A DNA stretch of 64,000 nt. It comes from Lama guanicoe (lineage: Eukaryota). The notes below the pieces were generated by a model. That model searched no databases. It was given only the letters and a program-made list of their open reading frames with translations, and was not told the DNA's origin. The stretch covers positions 1,629,236 to 1,693,235 of the forward strand of contig MU053472.1 of assembly GCA_013239625.1 (NCBI GenBank), read 5' to 3'. Shown here piece after piece: positions 12,791-25,719 of this stretch. The translations under genes and the position numbers were made by a program. The number at the start of each line of letters is the position of its first letter. The stretch's first letter is position 1.

Positions 12791-14049
12791 TCTATATTCT
12801 TTTGGTTTCAATATTATATAGATAATTGCTTCATTTGGTGGTATATCACTTGTATGTAATATTCTGTTACATAAATGCAATGAAAAGTGAGGATTTTGTT
12901 ATATCATCAACCTTTATTTAATGTCAGTGTATGGAATTATCATATAATTGGAACAATATAGTAATTGTGCATCATTTCCTATGTTGAAGATACCATAGGT
13001 CCTATGAGGCTGCCTTAAAAAAATTGGGATTTTAAAAAAACTGGGTTTGCTTTTTTCCTTTTGTAGTCATTTAAAAATTCTTTTGTTTCTTAATTTCTTT
13101 TCCTAGTTCAATTCCAATTATTGAACACCTTTAAACAGCTTTTTCCCCCCTAATGTTTGACAAGTGTATATCCAACTCCAGTGGTACAAAACATAATACT
13201 GTTGCACAAGTCTAGTTGGAAAACTTCCCACAAAGATGGCAGAACTTGAGGGGGGGAAAAGGACATATAGGAAGAAGTCCTGGATTAGTTACTTGATGGG
13301 AAAGATCACGCTAAGTTAAATGGTAGAGGTATTCTTATTTTTAATGTGGTTTGTGTTCTGGGCAGGATGGTACAGAGGGCCACAGTTTTCTTGTTCATTT
13401 CAGTGTGTAGAGCTGGTCTGTCATACCTTACGACACAGAGGAGCAATACACAAAACCTCCTTTGGACTTACACTTTGTTGAAAAACTTACAACGTCACAA
13501 ATGACTTGAAGCAGTGTTTTATGTTTATAAATAGATTATTATTATTAAAAAAAATCAACTTTCTGGCCTCAAGCTGATTGTCACAACCCATTTAATGTCC
13601 TAGAAGAAAAACTTTTTGTTTTTTTGTTTAGTCTTTTGAATGTGTTCTATTTTAATGTTAACTGGTTTTGTTCTTTGCCTAGAAACTTACGTAATGACAA
13701 GTATTTTTTTTTCTCATGGAGTTCAAGTAATTTTACTAAGATCTTTTTTTCAAACACAGTATCTAAAGAAGGTTAAAACAGCTCTTGTGTGATAACTGGT
13801 AATATTAATTAGAGCCTCCTGGGGGTGGTGTAGGTGTAGGTGAATGTGCTTGTGGGAGAGGAATAAACAGGAGACAATATTTTGAGTGTCCCTTTGGAGT
13901 GATTTTTATTTCTTAAACTTCCAAGTGCTTAAAGGTGTGGTATATTTAGGCTCTATCACTTATTTAAAATATAACTATTTTTCTCTCTATGGAAATATTG
14001 AAATATAAAAAATGTGTTTGTGCTACAGTAACATCTCCTATTTTACTCT

Positions 14050-14580
14050 GTTTGCTTATTAGTCTTTTTCTTGCCCCTGAAAAATTTTCAACGAACTCAC
14101 TCTGAATGCATGTGCTTGTCCGTTTTGTCCATGCACCTTTCTCAAACAAGGAAACAAAACTTAAGTTTGTGATGACCAGGGAGCCTGATGAAAACAGCTG
14201 CACTGCATACTTCCGTGAGTCACTTGTCAAATGAAGCAGCAGTATAGGAAAAATGATAATGCACCCCTCCACTCTTAAAGACGGAACTGCTGCGATCTGG
14301 GCCGTTTTAAATTATTAAACACTGTACACGCCATAACGTTAATTAGAAGAGGAACAAACTCTACAAAGATAAATGTGTTTTCAATATGATTCTTAGGGAG
14401 GGTACAGTAGAAACCAGTGAAGAGAGAGGAAATTTATTTCTGGCAGGACTCAAGACATGGAACTGTGGCTGAACTTTTTACCCTAATTACCTCCTGCTAA
14501 TGCCTGCAAGCGGTCTGGAATCAAAGTGGTGCTTCGGGCCCTGGAAATTCTCTGATGTGGCAAACATTTGTTGTGTGAGG
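14050..14580. promoter_or_regulatory. Candidate intronic enhancer
   Basis: Unique sequence with locally more CpGs. Abutting ETS and AP-1 sites, E-boxes and a TCF/LEF motif. Confidence 0.4.
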
Positions 14581-17500
14581 AGGGTTTCTTAAGAAAAAGC
14601 AGAATATTGTGACAGGATTTAAAAAAAATTTCTCAGTTACCACCCACCTCACTTGTTGCCTACAAAAATAGAGTAATTGTTTGCATCTGTGTGTGCTTTT
14701 TCCCCACTAAGAAATAACTGTTATAAATCAATGTGACATAGATCCAGTGAACTGAGGCTTGCCCGAGTTAGGCTTTTTTTTTTTTTAAGTCTCTCCTTTA
14801 TTTAAAAATCTAGGTTCAAAATGTAAAGAAGTTATTTTTGATAAATGAGAAGAAATATTCTGCCCTCTTAGGAGAATTTGAATCTTAAAGTATGCTTTTC
14901 AAAATGAAGTATAACCGCTTTTGGAGCATCAAACTGATAACTATTAAACTGCTTAATCCTGGAAGTTGAAATGGGAATTTCCAGTTTCCATTTTTAGCTC
15001 TTCATCCGACTGGGACCAGAACCTTAGAGACATTTCTCTTTAATTTTGCTGAAACTCTCCATTCATGTGTCACCACCTGCTTTTTGTCCTTTTATTAAAA
15101 AAAAAAATCAGTGTTTCTGTGCTATTTATAGAATAAATACTTTGTGCATTTTGTATATTATTAGATAATCTAAATTTCATTTAGTCTGCCCTTGTGTCAT
15201 CTGAATGTCTGTGCTAACTTGTATGTGCAGCTCCAGCCCTTCACTAATCTTCTTAAATACCTTTTATATAATTCTTGAAAAACACTAATTGCACTGTTGT
15301 TTTGTGATGCAAATATATTCATGGTTTCACCTGGGTAGAAATTTATTTTGGCAGTCTTTTATTTAGGTATTGTATAGATAGCTTTATGTTGTTAGTTTTC
15401 TTGATCCTGGGCAATAAAGAATTTTTATTCTTCGTATTGGAATCTAAATAAAATTTCTCAAAGGTTGGATCAGAAATTCACATCTTGTGGTTAAGCTGTG
15501 GTTACAAATTGCTCCGATATAACCTTAGCATTTTGTATTTTGTATAGTTATCCTTTTGCATCGCATCTGTGGTAATTCATAGAGTAGTGTTGTTTGTAAA
15601 TTGTGAATGAAGATTATTTCTTGAATTACCAATTTTCAGAATTATGTTCCAAACAATTTATTTTTATTTTCTTTAGTATATATGTTTATAAAAATTTTTA
15701 GCCAGTGGAAAGCAATGATACATTTTCACTTTTGATATATTGTTTCAAAATTATGATTATCTACATTGAAAGTAATATGTGTATTTCACAACTTTTGTTG
15801 ATTCCCTTTGATTCCACCTCCCCTGTTCCACCTACCTTTATAACAACAGTCAAATAAGAAAAACATTTTTGTTCTAACTACTGTGAAAAGTAATCTTTTA
15901 TGGTAATAAAAGTGTTAAAACTGGAAAATGACTTACATTTTAACTATACCTTTAGACTTTCGGTGCTGTTGCCATTTAGTTTATACTTCATTATAAAGTA
16001 ACTTTGCATATTAATTATAAGTGTTTAAAAGTGTCATTTGCTTTTTTCTAAACCTGATACCACAGGAAAAAGAAGGGACAATCACGGGGCTTTAACACAT
16101 ATTATGGAATGTAGATACTCATCTCAGAGTTCAAACAAATGTACTCTACAGTGTACAAATAAAGGTTTTCTTGTGCCTCGTAAGTCAAAATAGGAGAATT
16201 GATTTAAAGCAATATAGGTGTCCTCTTTAAAAAAAAAAATATGCAAACGCTCAGATTTTCTGTTGTCATTTTAAGTACCAGTAGAAGGAAAGTAATAAGT
16301 TATTACTCATGTCCTTTTCTAAAATGTCTTTTAGTACATTTTGGTATTCCTTGATTTTGAGAAGTAGATTTTATATAGTCTCTCTCTATTTTTTGAGTGT
16401 CCAAACACCACACCCTGTTTTTTTTTTTATTCATATAGCCACTTAACTTCATCTTTCCTATGTTTCTCAGTGTGTATTAAATGCTGTGATGATCATCTGT
16501 TGGTTTCTTTGACATGTTTATTATGTTAGTTTCATGCACACTGATAAATTCTGGAATAATAAAAACACGTATGCTTTTACATTGTAGAGTGCGTTGGCGT
16601 CTTGGCTTGCTTGGCAGAAGTTGGTGTAAATAACATCTCTTTGTGAATTGAACCAGACTTCAGTGTTCTCATTTCTGGGATCCCGTGTTTCTCAGTTAAA
16701 CTGTGGTTCTGTGTATCTGTTGATAGGCAAAATGATTCTGTATATACTTAGTTTATCACAACAGGTAAGCAGTTACAAATTAGCTTTCTGTCTAGGGAAA
16801 TAAATCCAAGCAAGATTTTGCTTTGTTTTGTTGGAGTGTTACTGTGTCTACCACAAACAACACAACTTCTTCATAGCATTCAGCGTTTCCTGATAATAGC
16901 TTGACTCAAAATTAACTTCATATTTTTAAGGCAGCTTTATTTATGATGTATTTCTTAATCATTAAAGTAAAGTTTTAATTTTTAACTGATCTTTTTTGCG
17001 TGTTTTTCTGTATCCTTTTGTCAGTGGTTTCCCATATGGAGGAAAATGGCCACAAGAAGGAAAAAAAAAAAGGTTACAATAGAGGTTTCTAATTAGACTC
17101 ATTAAATTGATACATCTTCAAAAAATTATAAAATAGAAGGCTTTATTTATATTTCTGCTATTATCAAGAAAAACTCATTTTGTTTAACTTAGGGAATTGC
17201 AAACTGAGGTTTTAGTGTCTTGCATTATTAGTTTCAAAGAATACAGCATAACATTATCCTATAATTATGGCTAATTATAATATTTACTATATGAATACCA
17301 GAGGCAAATTTATTTGTTTTCTTTTGGATTTTTTTTTGAAACTTGATGCTAATGAAGGCAAGTTTGTAGCTTTCAATCTTTGTTTTCTTTGTCTTCTATC
17401 CTCGTCTTCTGTCTATAAATCACTTTCCTAATCAATTAGTAAATGAATATCAGCAAATTAAAATGCTGAACATTCAATATTTGAAATCTTTGCTGTTGAT

Positions 17501-19019
17501 AGAAAGATTTTTCCCATGATATCTTATTGCTGAAATTTTTTTTGAATAATGAAACAAATGCTTAGTGGAAAGCTGTCTTCTATAAATAGATCATCATCTG
17601 GGTTCAATGAAATAATACATATAATGTCTTTATATTAATGGCTGGTATTTATCAAATGTACGTTAATCAGAATTACAGAGTAGCCGCTTGTAGGGCTTAT
17701 TAGAAAAGTAAGATTCCAAAGGTAGAATGTCAAACATGTTCATATCTTTACTTCATAAGTGAAATTTTGCAGAGTATCTTGAGTTCATTCGGTCTTGTAC
17801 ATTCTGTGGGACAAATGTATAATGACATGTATCCACCATTATAGTATCATATAGAGTAGTTTGTTGTAGTAGTTAACATCAATTCTTTTCTCAATTCTTA
17901 ACTGATTCCTTTAACAAAAGTGCTGTGTTCAACCTACAACAGTAAATAAGATGTCCCTGCCCTCCAGGAGCTTCTGGTTCTTTTGAATGAAACGACATAT
18001 AAGTTGGTGGAATGTGTAGATGACATTAAGTAGATTTGTTTAGTCCCTTTGTATTCCTCCATTAAGAATATATCTTAACATCTTCCAAATATTCTGGCAG
18101 GATTAGTGGACAGTTCTTTTCCATATTTGTTGGAATTTATCAATATGGTACATTAATGTTATTTACAGATACCTCACATGTATGTTATTATGAATTGTCA
18201 TATATTATTTTTAGAGTTATATTTTGGTAATAGCTCTGAAATAAGATTTTTACTATGTGTTAGGGTTTTTGTTATTATAACTTCAGTATAGTTGTATGCT
18301 ACTTCATGTTAGATCATGTTATGTAAAAAGGTAATTAGAATGTGTTTCTGTGGTACCCCATTAGTTAAAACCAGTTGGGAGATTTTAAAATGTTCTAATT
18401 TTTATTGATATTTATTGATTTATTTATTTGAAGTGGTTGATCCCTAGTTTTTGAATTTAGGAGAGATATTTGACTGGCTAGCAAACTTGTCTTTTGTGTT
18501 ATTTGAAAACAAGGCTTTATCTTTCTTGGAGACTTGGAAGATTTTGCTCTGTTTTCAAATGATTGCACTTTAAGCTTTTATCTATTGAAACTTTTGCTTT
18601 TCTTAGGGTATATCAGAAAAGTTTGAATTTCGATGGTATATTGTAAATCAACTATAATAAAAAGAATTTAGATGGTAAAATTGATACTTGTAGGTGTATG
18701 TATTGAATAAATAGATGCAATAAAAGGTGGCAAATTAGCTGTGCAAACATTCGTAACTTTGTTTAAGCTCTTATATTTCCAGCAGATTACCATACGTCCT
18801 ATTTCAGAATTGTGATCCAGTTTATTTGGAATTACCTTAGATTCTTTCTCTTTTGCCTTTAAACTTACCCATATATATATATTATAAAAATACCTATGCA
18901 TGTGTAATGGATCTGATTACTTAATATTTATTTCTTCAGGGGAGGTGACTGGCAAACACTTGTTCTTTCTTAAATATGTTCAAGCTCTTTTAAAAATGAC
19001 CATTTAAATATGCTTGAAA

Positions 19020-19900
19020 ATATATGAATTTCTAAAATACATGATCAATGTTAGAGCTGAAAAGGAAATACAGAAATCAATAATTAAAGTTGGAGATTGG
19101 CACTCCTCTTTTAGTAACCGATGGGACAAGTAGACAGGAAATCAGGATATAGAAGACATCAACTGCAATATCAATAAGACTCACCTGATATTTATAGAGT
19201 ATCACTCATATCCACATACTGTATGTAGAACATTGACCAAGACTGATCATATGCTGGATGATAAAGCCAATCTCAATAATAGAGCACGTTTTATAACCAC
19301 AGTGCAGTTAAGTAAAGAATTAAGTACAGATATCTCAATGTTTGGGAATTAGAATTTAGTAACAAATATCTCAATGTTTGGGAATTAAAAGATTGGTCAG
19401 GCAGAAATCAGGGGAAGATAGAACAGATTTTGAATTGAATGATTGAAAAACCGCAGCATACCAAAAGTGTGATGTAACTAAAGCAAGCACAGGGGGATAT
19501 TTATAGCACCAAATGCTTACATTTGACAAAAAAGAAAGGTCTAAAATCTTTAACTTTTAGTATCTAAAAAAGAGGAGCAAGTTTACCTAAACTGGTTAAA
19601 CCAAAAGCTAGTTCTTTAAAAATATCAATAAAAAAAGAAAGAATAAATGATATGGAATTTAATAAAAAAGAATAACAACAAAAAAGAAAAGACATCAATA
19701 AGGTGAATAACCCTTTAGTAAGACTGATTAAAAAAAAAACAAACAGAAGGCATAAATTACCAATATCCAGAATGAATGCAGGGGCATCACTACAGATCTT
19801 ATGGTCATTAAAAGCAATATTTTGAACAACCTTATCTTTGAAAACTTATATTAAGTGGACAAATGGAAAACATAACTCAATGAAAAGTTACTGGGAAATG
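19020..19900 (+). mobile_element. Old L1 ORF2 fragment (endonuclease C-terminal and linker region)
   Basis: ttggagatt..cactcctct, gaacattgaccaagactgatcatatgctgg, gaatgaatgcaggggcatcactacagatc. Confidence 0.75.
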
Positions 19901-20037
19901 AAAAACAATCAGTAGAATAATGTTTCCATGAAGTAGTTCTTAATTGTAAACATATTCTATGATTTTTATAATAATTTTAGTAAGTGAGTTTTCTCTATAA
20001 AGAAAGAGCACAAAACAGAAATACAAGAACTCAGAGA

Positions 20038-20101
20038 TCACTGGAATTTGACACAACATTGTAAAATGATTATAAATCAATAAAAAATGTTAAAAAAAAA
20101 A
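20038..20101 (+). mobile_element. Very short young L1 3' tail with exact 13-bp TSD
   Basis: aagaactcagaga at 20025-20037 and 20102-20114 around ...ttgacacaacattgtaaaatgattataaatcaataaaaaatgtt(a)n. Confidence 0.85.
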
Positions 20102-20497
20102 AAGAACTCAGAGAAGAAAAGGTGAGATAATGTGACAGGTACGACCCATTGGAAGAAAGAGAAGGGAAAAACTCGACAATTCACCATAGAACTGACAAAG
20201 AAATTAGAAGGTAGAGAAAGAAGACTAGAGAGAAAACTCGATAAAATTAGAGCTTGAGCAAAATGAGAAGAAAATTGAAACATCCACATAGTTCCCAAAT
20301 ATAAGAAGGAAAGTAATGAAGTGGAGGAAATGTCAAGCATCAGTATGGTTAATACCAGGGTATTAGCACTGTAGAGTTCCCGTATTTCAGGAACTCGGGC
20401 TCTCCTCATGTTCCCCCTCAACCTAAGCAAATCCATGTAAGACCCCCGAGAGAAGCTGTGTAAAGCAGCCCAGTTATACTAGAAATGAAAAACTAGA

Positions 20498-20681
20498 TCG
20501 GGGGTCAGTAAAGTTTTTTTGTTTTTGCCATATGCCAAATGTTTTAAGCTCAGCGGACCACATGGTATCTGTGGAAATTACTCGACTCAGCCATAGAAAA
20601 TAAAGAAACGAATGGATATAGCTGTGTTCCAGTGAAACGAGCAGTAGGGGTTGGAGTTGGAACATAGTTTGCTGATCTCTA
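20498..20681 (+). mobile_element. MER58A-like hAT DNA transposon
   Basis: ggggtcagtaaag...cagccatagaaaa...aaacgaatggatatagctgtgttccagtgaaac...tagtttgctgatctct. Confidence 0.75.
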
Positions 20682-20744
20682 CTGTGCCCTAAAATGTTTG
20701 AAAATTTTTCCTAGATAAAACTTTTTTTAATGTCATCTCTACTT

Positions 20745-20800
20745 TTTTAAAAAATTTATTTTAATTTTTTGGAGGGGGGAAGTAATTAAGTCTTTCTTTA
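20745..20800 (-). mobile_element. Tail-only fragment of the tRNA-derived SINE
   Basis: tttttggaggggggaagtaattaag matches the SINE tail; there is no tRNA head. Confidence 0.45.
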
Positions 20801-22988
20801 GTTAAAAATTTTTTCCCCTAGCTAACATTTTAAGTATTGTATTTATGAATGGTTTTTACTTGATAAAGGTTGTGTAGGCATAATTAAATGGTACCATAAA
20901 TATATAAATTATGGATATGTTTATATTAGTCATATATGGATATATGAACCAAACTGGAGACTTTTCTTATTCCCTGTAACATCGCTTCTATAATCTGAAT
21001 TTCCACCAAATTTGTTTTTCATTGTGGTGTATAAAGTGTATTTCCTTGTATTCATGTTTAGTCTCTATCCTTAAAAAAAAATAGCTGATTTTTTTTTTGG
21101 GGGGAAATCTCCTTGAAGGTACAATATTCCTAACTCATCTTTGTATTTAGTTGCAAGTAACAGAAACTTACTTGAAAGTATTTTTTATCTGCTTCTTCTG
21201 TAGTGTGGGAGATGACGATCTCTACTGAAGAACATTTGTCTAACCCCAATTTTAACAACACCTCCTATTTTTATGTGGAGACTTTACGTACTCCTTCCTG
21301 CCTGTTTATCTCCTCATGTAAAGGCATCATTAATACCACTTTCTCAACTTGTAGAAGTGTTGGAAGCTTTTTAATTACCCAGTGTTTATTCAGAACTTTG
21401 CAGAAGAAAAATGTTATTATTAACTAGGCTAATCACAAGTTTAACCTTTAATATGGTTAAGTTTCCATTTTCTTTGCTTTTTCTTTCTAATTACTTAATA
21501 AAAAAATGCGACCAACTGGCTTTTGTTCTTTAGAAGCTGAATCAGAATACAAATAATGTAATACTATTGAAAATTTTCCTCTTATATTTAAAGGATTAGA
21601 TTCAGTAACACATGTTGAAGGTTGTGCAGCTTTTTCCCATTTAAAATAAGTGTTTCCATGCTTCTTGCAATTTGTGGTAGATTTAAAATGTCTTTGCTGT
21701 TTTGTGTTTCACTTATATATGCACATTCTTGGAAAATGTCACTTTCTCAAATACTTTGTTCCACTTTTCTTAATTTTGATTCAATCTGTTAAATATCATG
21801 AATGAAAATAATAAAAGTCTTTGTAGAGGAAAATGGTATTAATATTTAGAATTTTTGAATCATAAAAACCGTTATCTCACATTGTTTTAACATGTTGCTC
21901 AGTGGATTGCATTACAAAAAAACTATTTTGAAAATAATGTCCAGGGTAGGAAATGGCTATGATTCTAATAAAACACATGAATATTAAGAACAAACATATT
22001 GTTATGAAAATGAAAAGTAGTCTGTGAGACTCAAGATTTAAGTATTTTTGATAGAGATTTGTAAGTTTAGGAGTTTAATATGTATTATTTGTAATTCTTG
22101 TTTTCCACTAGGCAGAGAAGCTAGTTTGTTACCTGTCTAATACACCATTTTTAGCCAGTGTCTAAATTTCAGAGATTAAGTATAAGGTCATCATCATCAT
22201 TCTCCATGTACTATTTAAAGGTATATATTTAAAAGAAAACACTCAACTAACTCAACATCATGCTAAGTCTTCACAGAAAGCCCAAGATACCTGGGTCTTT
22301 CCTCATTTTCTAGATGCTAACAGCCTAGGTTTTGACATCAGAAAAAAGATGATTGATTCTTCCATGGAAAGATGTACTTCAACAGGAACATTTAACTGCA
22401 CATACTAGAAATCTTATTTAACCCCTATTTGAGAAGTTCATGCTTCTTGCTCCTTTTAGTGGTTCATTTAGCTAGGCCTCACTTTTTCCTTAAATAGTAA
22501 TTGTTGAATCTGAAACAGACAATCAGACTATTTCCCCATGTTTACAACATATATAGTCTTATTTGTGTATAAAACTATTCTGAAGTCATGGATTGAGGAT
22601 TCTGACAATCACTCAACCAAATGTTGTGGTTATTTACATTTGGTTAAATCTTTTCACTGTGTAAAAGTAATTTTTTCATTCATTTATTCAATTTATTCAC
22701 CAGTAACTTATTCATTAAGAAAAAAGCACTGATATAACTTATGAAAATAAAAAAATCTTTTTGATTGAGTACTTAATGCTCAATAGGGCATTTTTAGTTT
22801 TTATTTTGGAGACTCTGTATTGTCTTAATAAAAGTACGTTAGGAAATCAACAATGTTCAAATGTTATGGAAGAACTTGAGAAATGGAAGCCCACTCAGAT
22901 TTGTTTCAGAATAGTTTATAATGGTAAAATTTTATTTGAAAGTGTATTGGTTTAACATAGTTGTTCGTATACTCCTTAAAGGAAAGAA

Positions 22989-23041
22989 TTTTTTTGAAAA
23001 ATTGAAGTATATTCAATTACAGTGTGTCAATTTCTGGTGTA
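22989..23041 (-). mobile_element. Very short young L1 3' tail with 12-bp TSD
   Basis: taaaggaaagaa at 22977-22988 and 23042-23053 around ttttttgaaaaattgaagtatattcaattacagtgtgtcaatttctggtgta. Confidence 0.8.
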
Positions 23042-23171
23042 TAAAGGAAAGAAATTAATTTGATGTATTGAAAGAATAAACACTAAATCATAACTCTAGA
23101 TGCATTACTGAAACTTAATCTTCAAATAAATTAAGTGAAAAGGCAACACAATTTTATTTTGAAGTAGTAGT

Positions 23172-23400
23172 AGATCTTTTTACCATCTCCACAGATTTGT
23201 ATTTTCCAGAATGTCATATAGTTGGAATTTCATTCTTTTTAAGCCAAAATAATATTGCATTGCAGTATATATACTACAACCTGTTTATGCATTCATCATT
23301 TAAAGGACATGTGGGTTGTTTCTGCTTTGTGATTGTTATGAATAATGCTGATATGAATGTTCACATATTTTTTTTAATGGACATATGCATTCCTTTCTTG
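23172..23400 (-). mobile_element. L1MC/MD-like 3' fragment (antisense)
   Basis: ttttccagaatgtcatatagttggaat...ggacatgtgggttgtttc...gaataatgctg. Confidence 0.75.
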
Positions 23401-23404
23401 GTAT

Positions 23405-24200
23405 GCTACACACCTATTAGAATGGCCATCATCCAGTACACTGACAACATCTAATTCTGAGGCTGGGAGCTGTAGGAACTCCTATTATTTTCTGGTAGGA
23501 ATGCAGAATGGTAAAACCACTTTAGAAGACAATTTAGCAGTTTTGTAGAAAACTAGTTTAAAAAACAGTGCACATCTATTTATACCAGCTTTGTCCAAAT
23601 TGCTAGAATTTGGAAGCAAGCAAGATGTCCTTCATTGGGTGAATGGATAAATATGGTATACCCAGATAATGGAATATTATTCAGGACTAAGAGCTATTGA
23701 GCCCTGAAAAGAAAGAGGTGAAATTTTTAATATTTTTATTATTACTGAGTGAAAGAAGCCACTCTGAAAAGGTTACATACTGTGTGATTCCAACAAAAAA
23801 ACAACATTCTGGAAAAGGCAAGACTCTGGAGACAGTAAGAAGATCAGTGTTTGCCAGGCGTTAGGGGTGAAGGAGGGATGCACAGGCTGAGAACAGAGGA
23901 TTTTAGGGCAGTGAGACTATTCTGTGTGGTACTATAATGTTGGATACCTGTCTTTATAAATTTGTCCAAGTTCATACAATGTACAACATTAAGAGTGAAT
24001 CATAATGTAAATACGGACTTTGGGTGATTATGATGTGTCATTGTATGATGTAGCAAATATTCTGCTCTGGGAGGGGATGTTGATAATGGGGTAGACTGCA
24101 TGAATAGGGACAGGCGCTATATGGAAAATCTTTGTACCTTCTGCTCAATTTTGTTGTGAACCAAAAACTGCTCTAAAAAATAAAGCATATTAAAAAAATT
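23405..24200 (+). mobile_element. L1MC/MD-like ORF2 end and 3'UTR
   Basis: ctacacacctattagaatggcc...gagtgaaagaagccactctgaaaaggttacatactg...gaaccaaaaactgctctaaaaaataaag. Confidence 0.85.
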
Positions 24201-25719
24201 TAAAATATGAGGGAAAGAATTACAGATAAAGTAAGAAATAATGAGATAGGCTAGAAATTTAGCTGAAAACGTTTAGTGTTTTCTCAGTGTTTATCTTCTA
24301 TATTTATAATAGTTTCAATATTTCCTTTTCAGAAATCTACTTTATTTTGCTTTATAATTCATAATTGCTTAGTTTAATCTATAATGGAAGCTTTCACAAG
24401 TTTTCTCTTTAAATATTTGTATTTAGCTCTCTTCAGTGAACTAAATGAACTGTATAAATTCCATACCTTTGGTTCTGGGAGAACTTTTCTCCTCCTAATA
24501 AAAGCTTAATAACTTCCTTTATGGGTGTAGGTCATGTGTATGGTAGGTAACAGATTGTTTCAGTGCAAAAATTTTTAATATATGTCCTGATTCAATATGT
24601 CACTATAAAACGTTACATAGGTAAAGAAAAGGTCAGTTAAGAAGAATTTGCATTTATTTCTACTTTATATTTATCATTAAAAGTACTGAATAACTTCACA
24701 TCACCCCTGTTGATGTATGTGTGTTGGAAAGACAGTAGTGCCCGGACACAGTTTAAAGTCCTCTAATCAACCATTTAATGATACAAATTGCATCATTTCT
24801 GCTTTTCTTCCAAACTCTGGTTTTTTGCCTATAATAGATTCAATTACATTCTAAATTTGATTCTCTACATTTCTATGTGGAACTTTTTCCCATTAAAATA
24901 TTAATTAGGTTTATCTTAAAGTGAAGTCACAACTTTAGGTTTAAATGTCAGATGCAAACCTGTAAAATGTTAACCCATTTGAGCTCTAGGAATCTAATAA
25001 AGACTCATTCTATATACAGCTTTTGACATTGCTTGGTGTATAGTGGGATACAAAGTAAAAGCTTGTTTCTTGCCTGTGTGTTTTAGTATAACACGCGTCC
25101 TTTCTGTTTTGGGGCATGCATACTGCTGATGTTATGGAAAGGCTTTCTCATCAGCCTACCCATGGGGAAAATTAAGATTGTCTTGCTCTGTCCCAGGGAA
25201 ATAGTCAAGGCTTTTAAAAAGAGAGAAAACAGAGAACAAAAGGACATGTCAGGCGTGCACACAACTGTGCTATTGGCAGATAGCGTGACTCCTTTATGAA
25301 TGTGTGACTTTCTGAAAACTCTTATTTTAAAAGAATTATCTTTTTCTATTAGGCATTGAATTAGAGGTTTTTTTCCCCATATATAAATAGAATTTTTAGT
25401 TCTACCACATCTTGTTCAGTCAACTCTAAACTAAGCCTTCCTAGCATTTGTTTTGTCTACTTCTATTGAAGGTTTTCTGCAGGAAGAATCTCAGTTGTGA
25501 CATTGTATGGATGCCAGTGAAATGATCAGAATTCAAGTTTCTAGTGTACCGTAGCTATAATGAGCTGCTAATTGAAGGCGACAAGCTGTTTTTTCCCTTC
25601 CCAGTTGGTCTGGCAAAATGTTAGATTTCATTCATTATTAACTCGTTGCTTCTCAGCAGAGGACCGGATTAATTAGTTGGGAACATTAAGAAAAGAATTT
25701 TTGCCTTGTGTCAGTTTTA

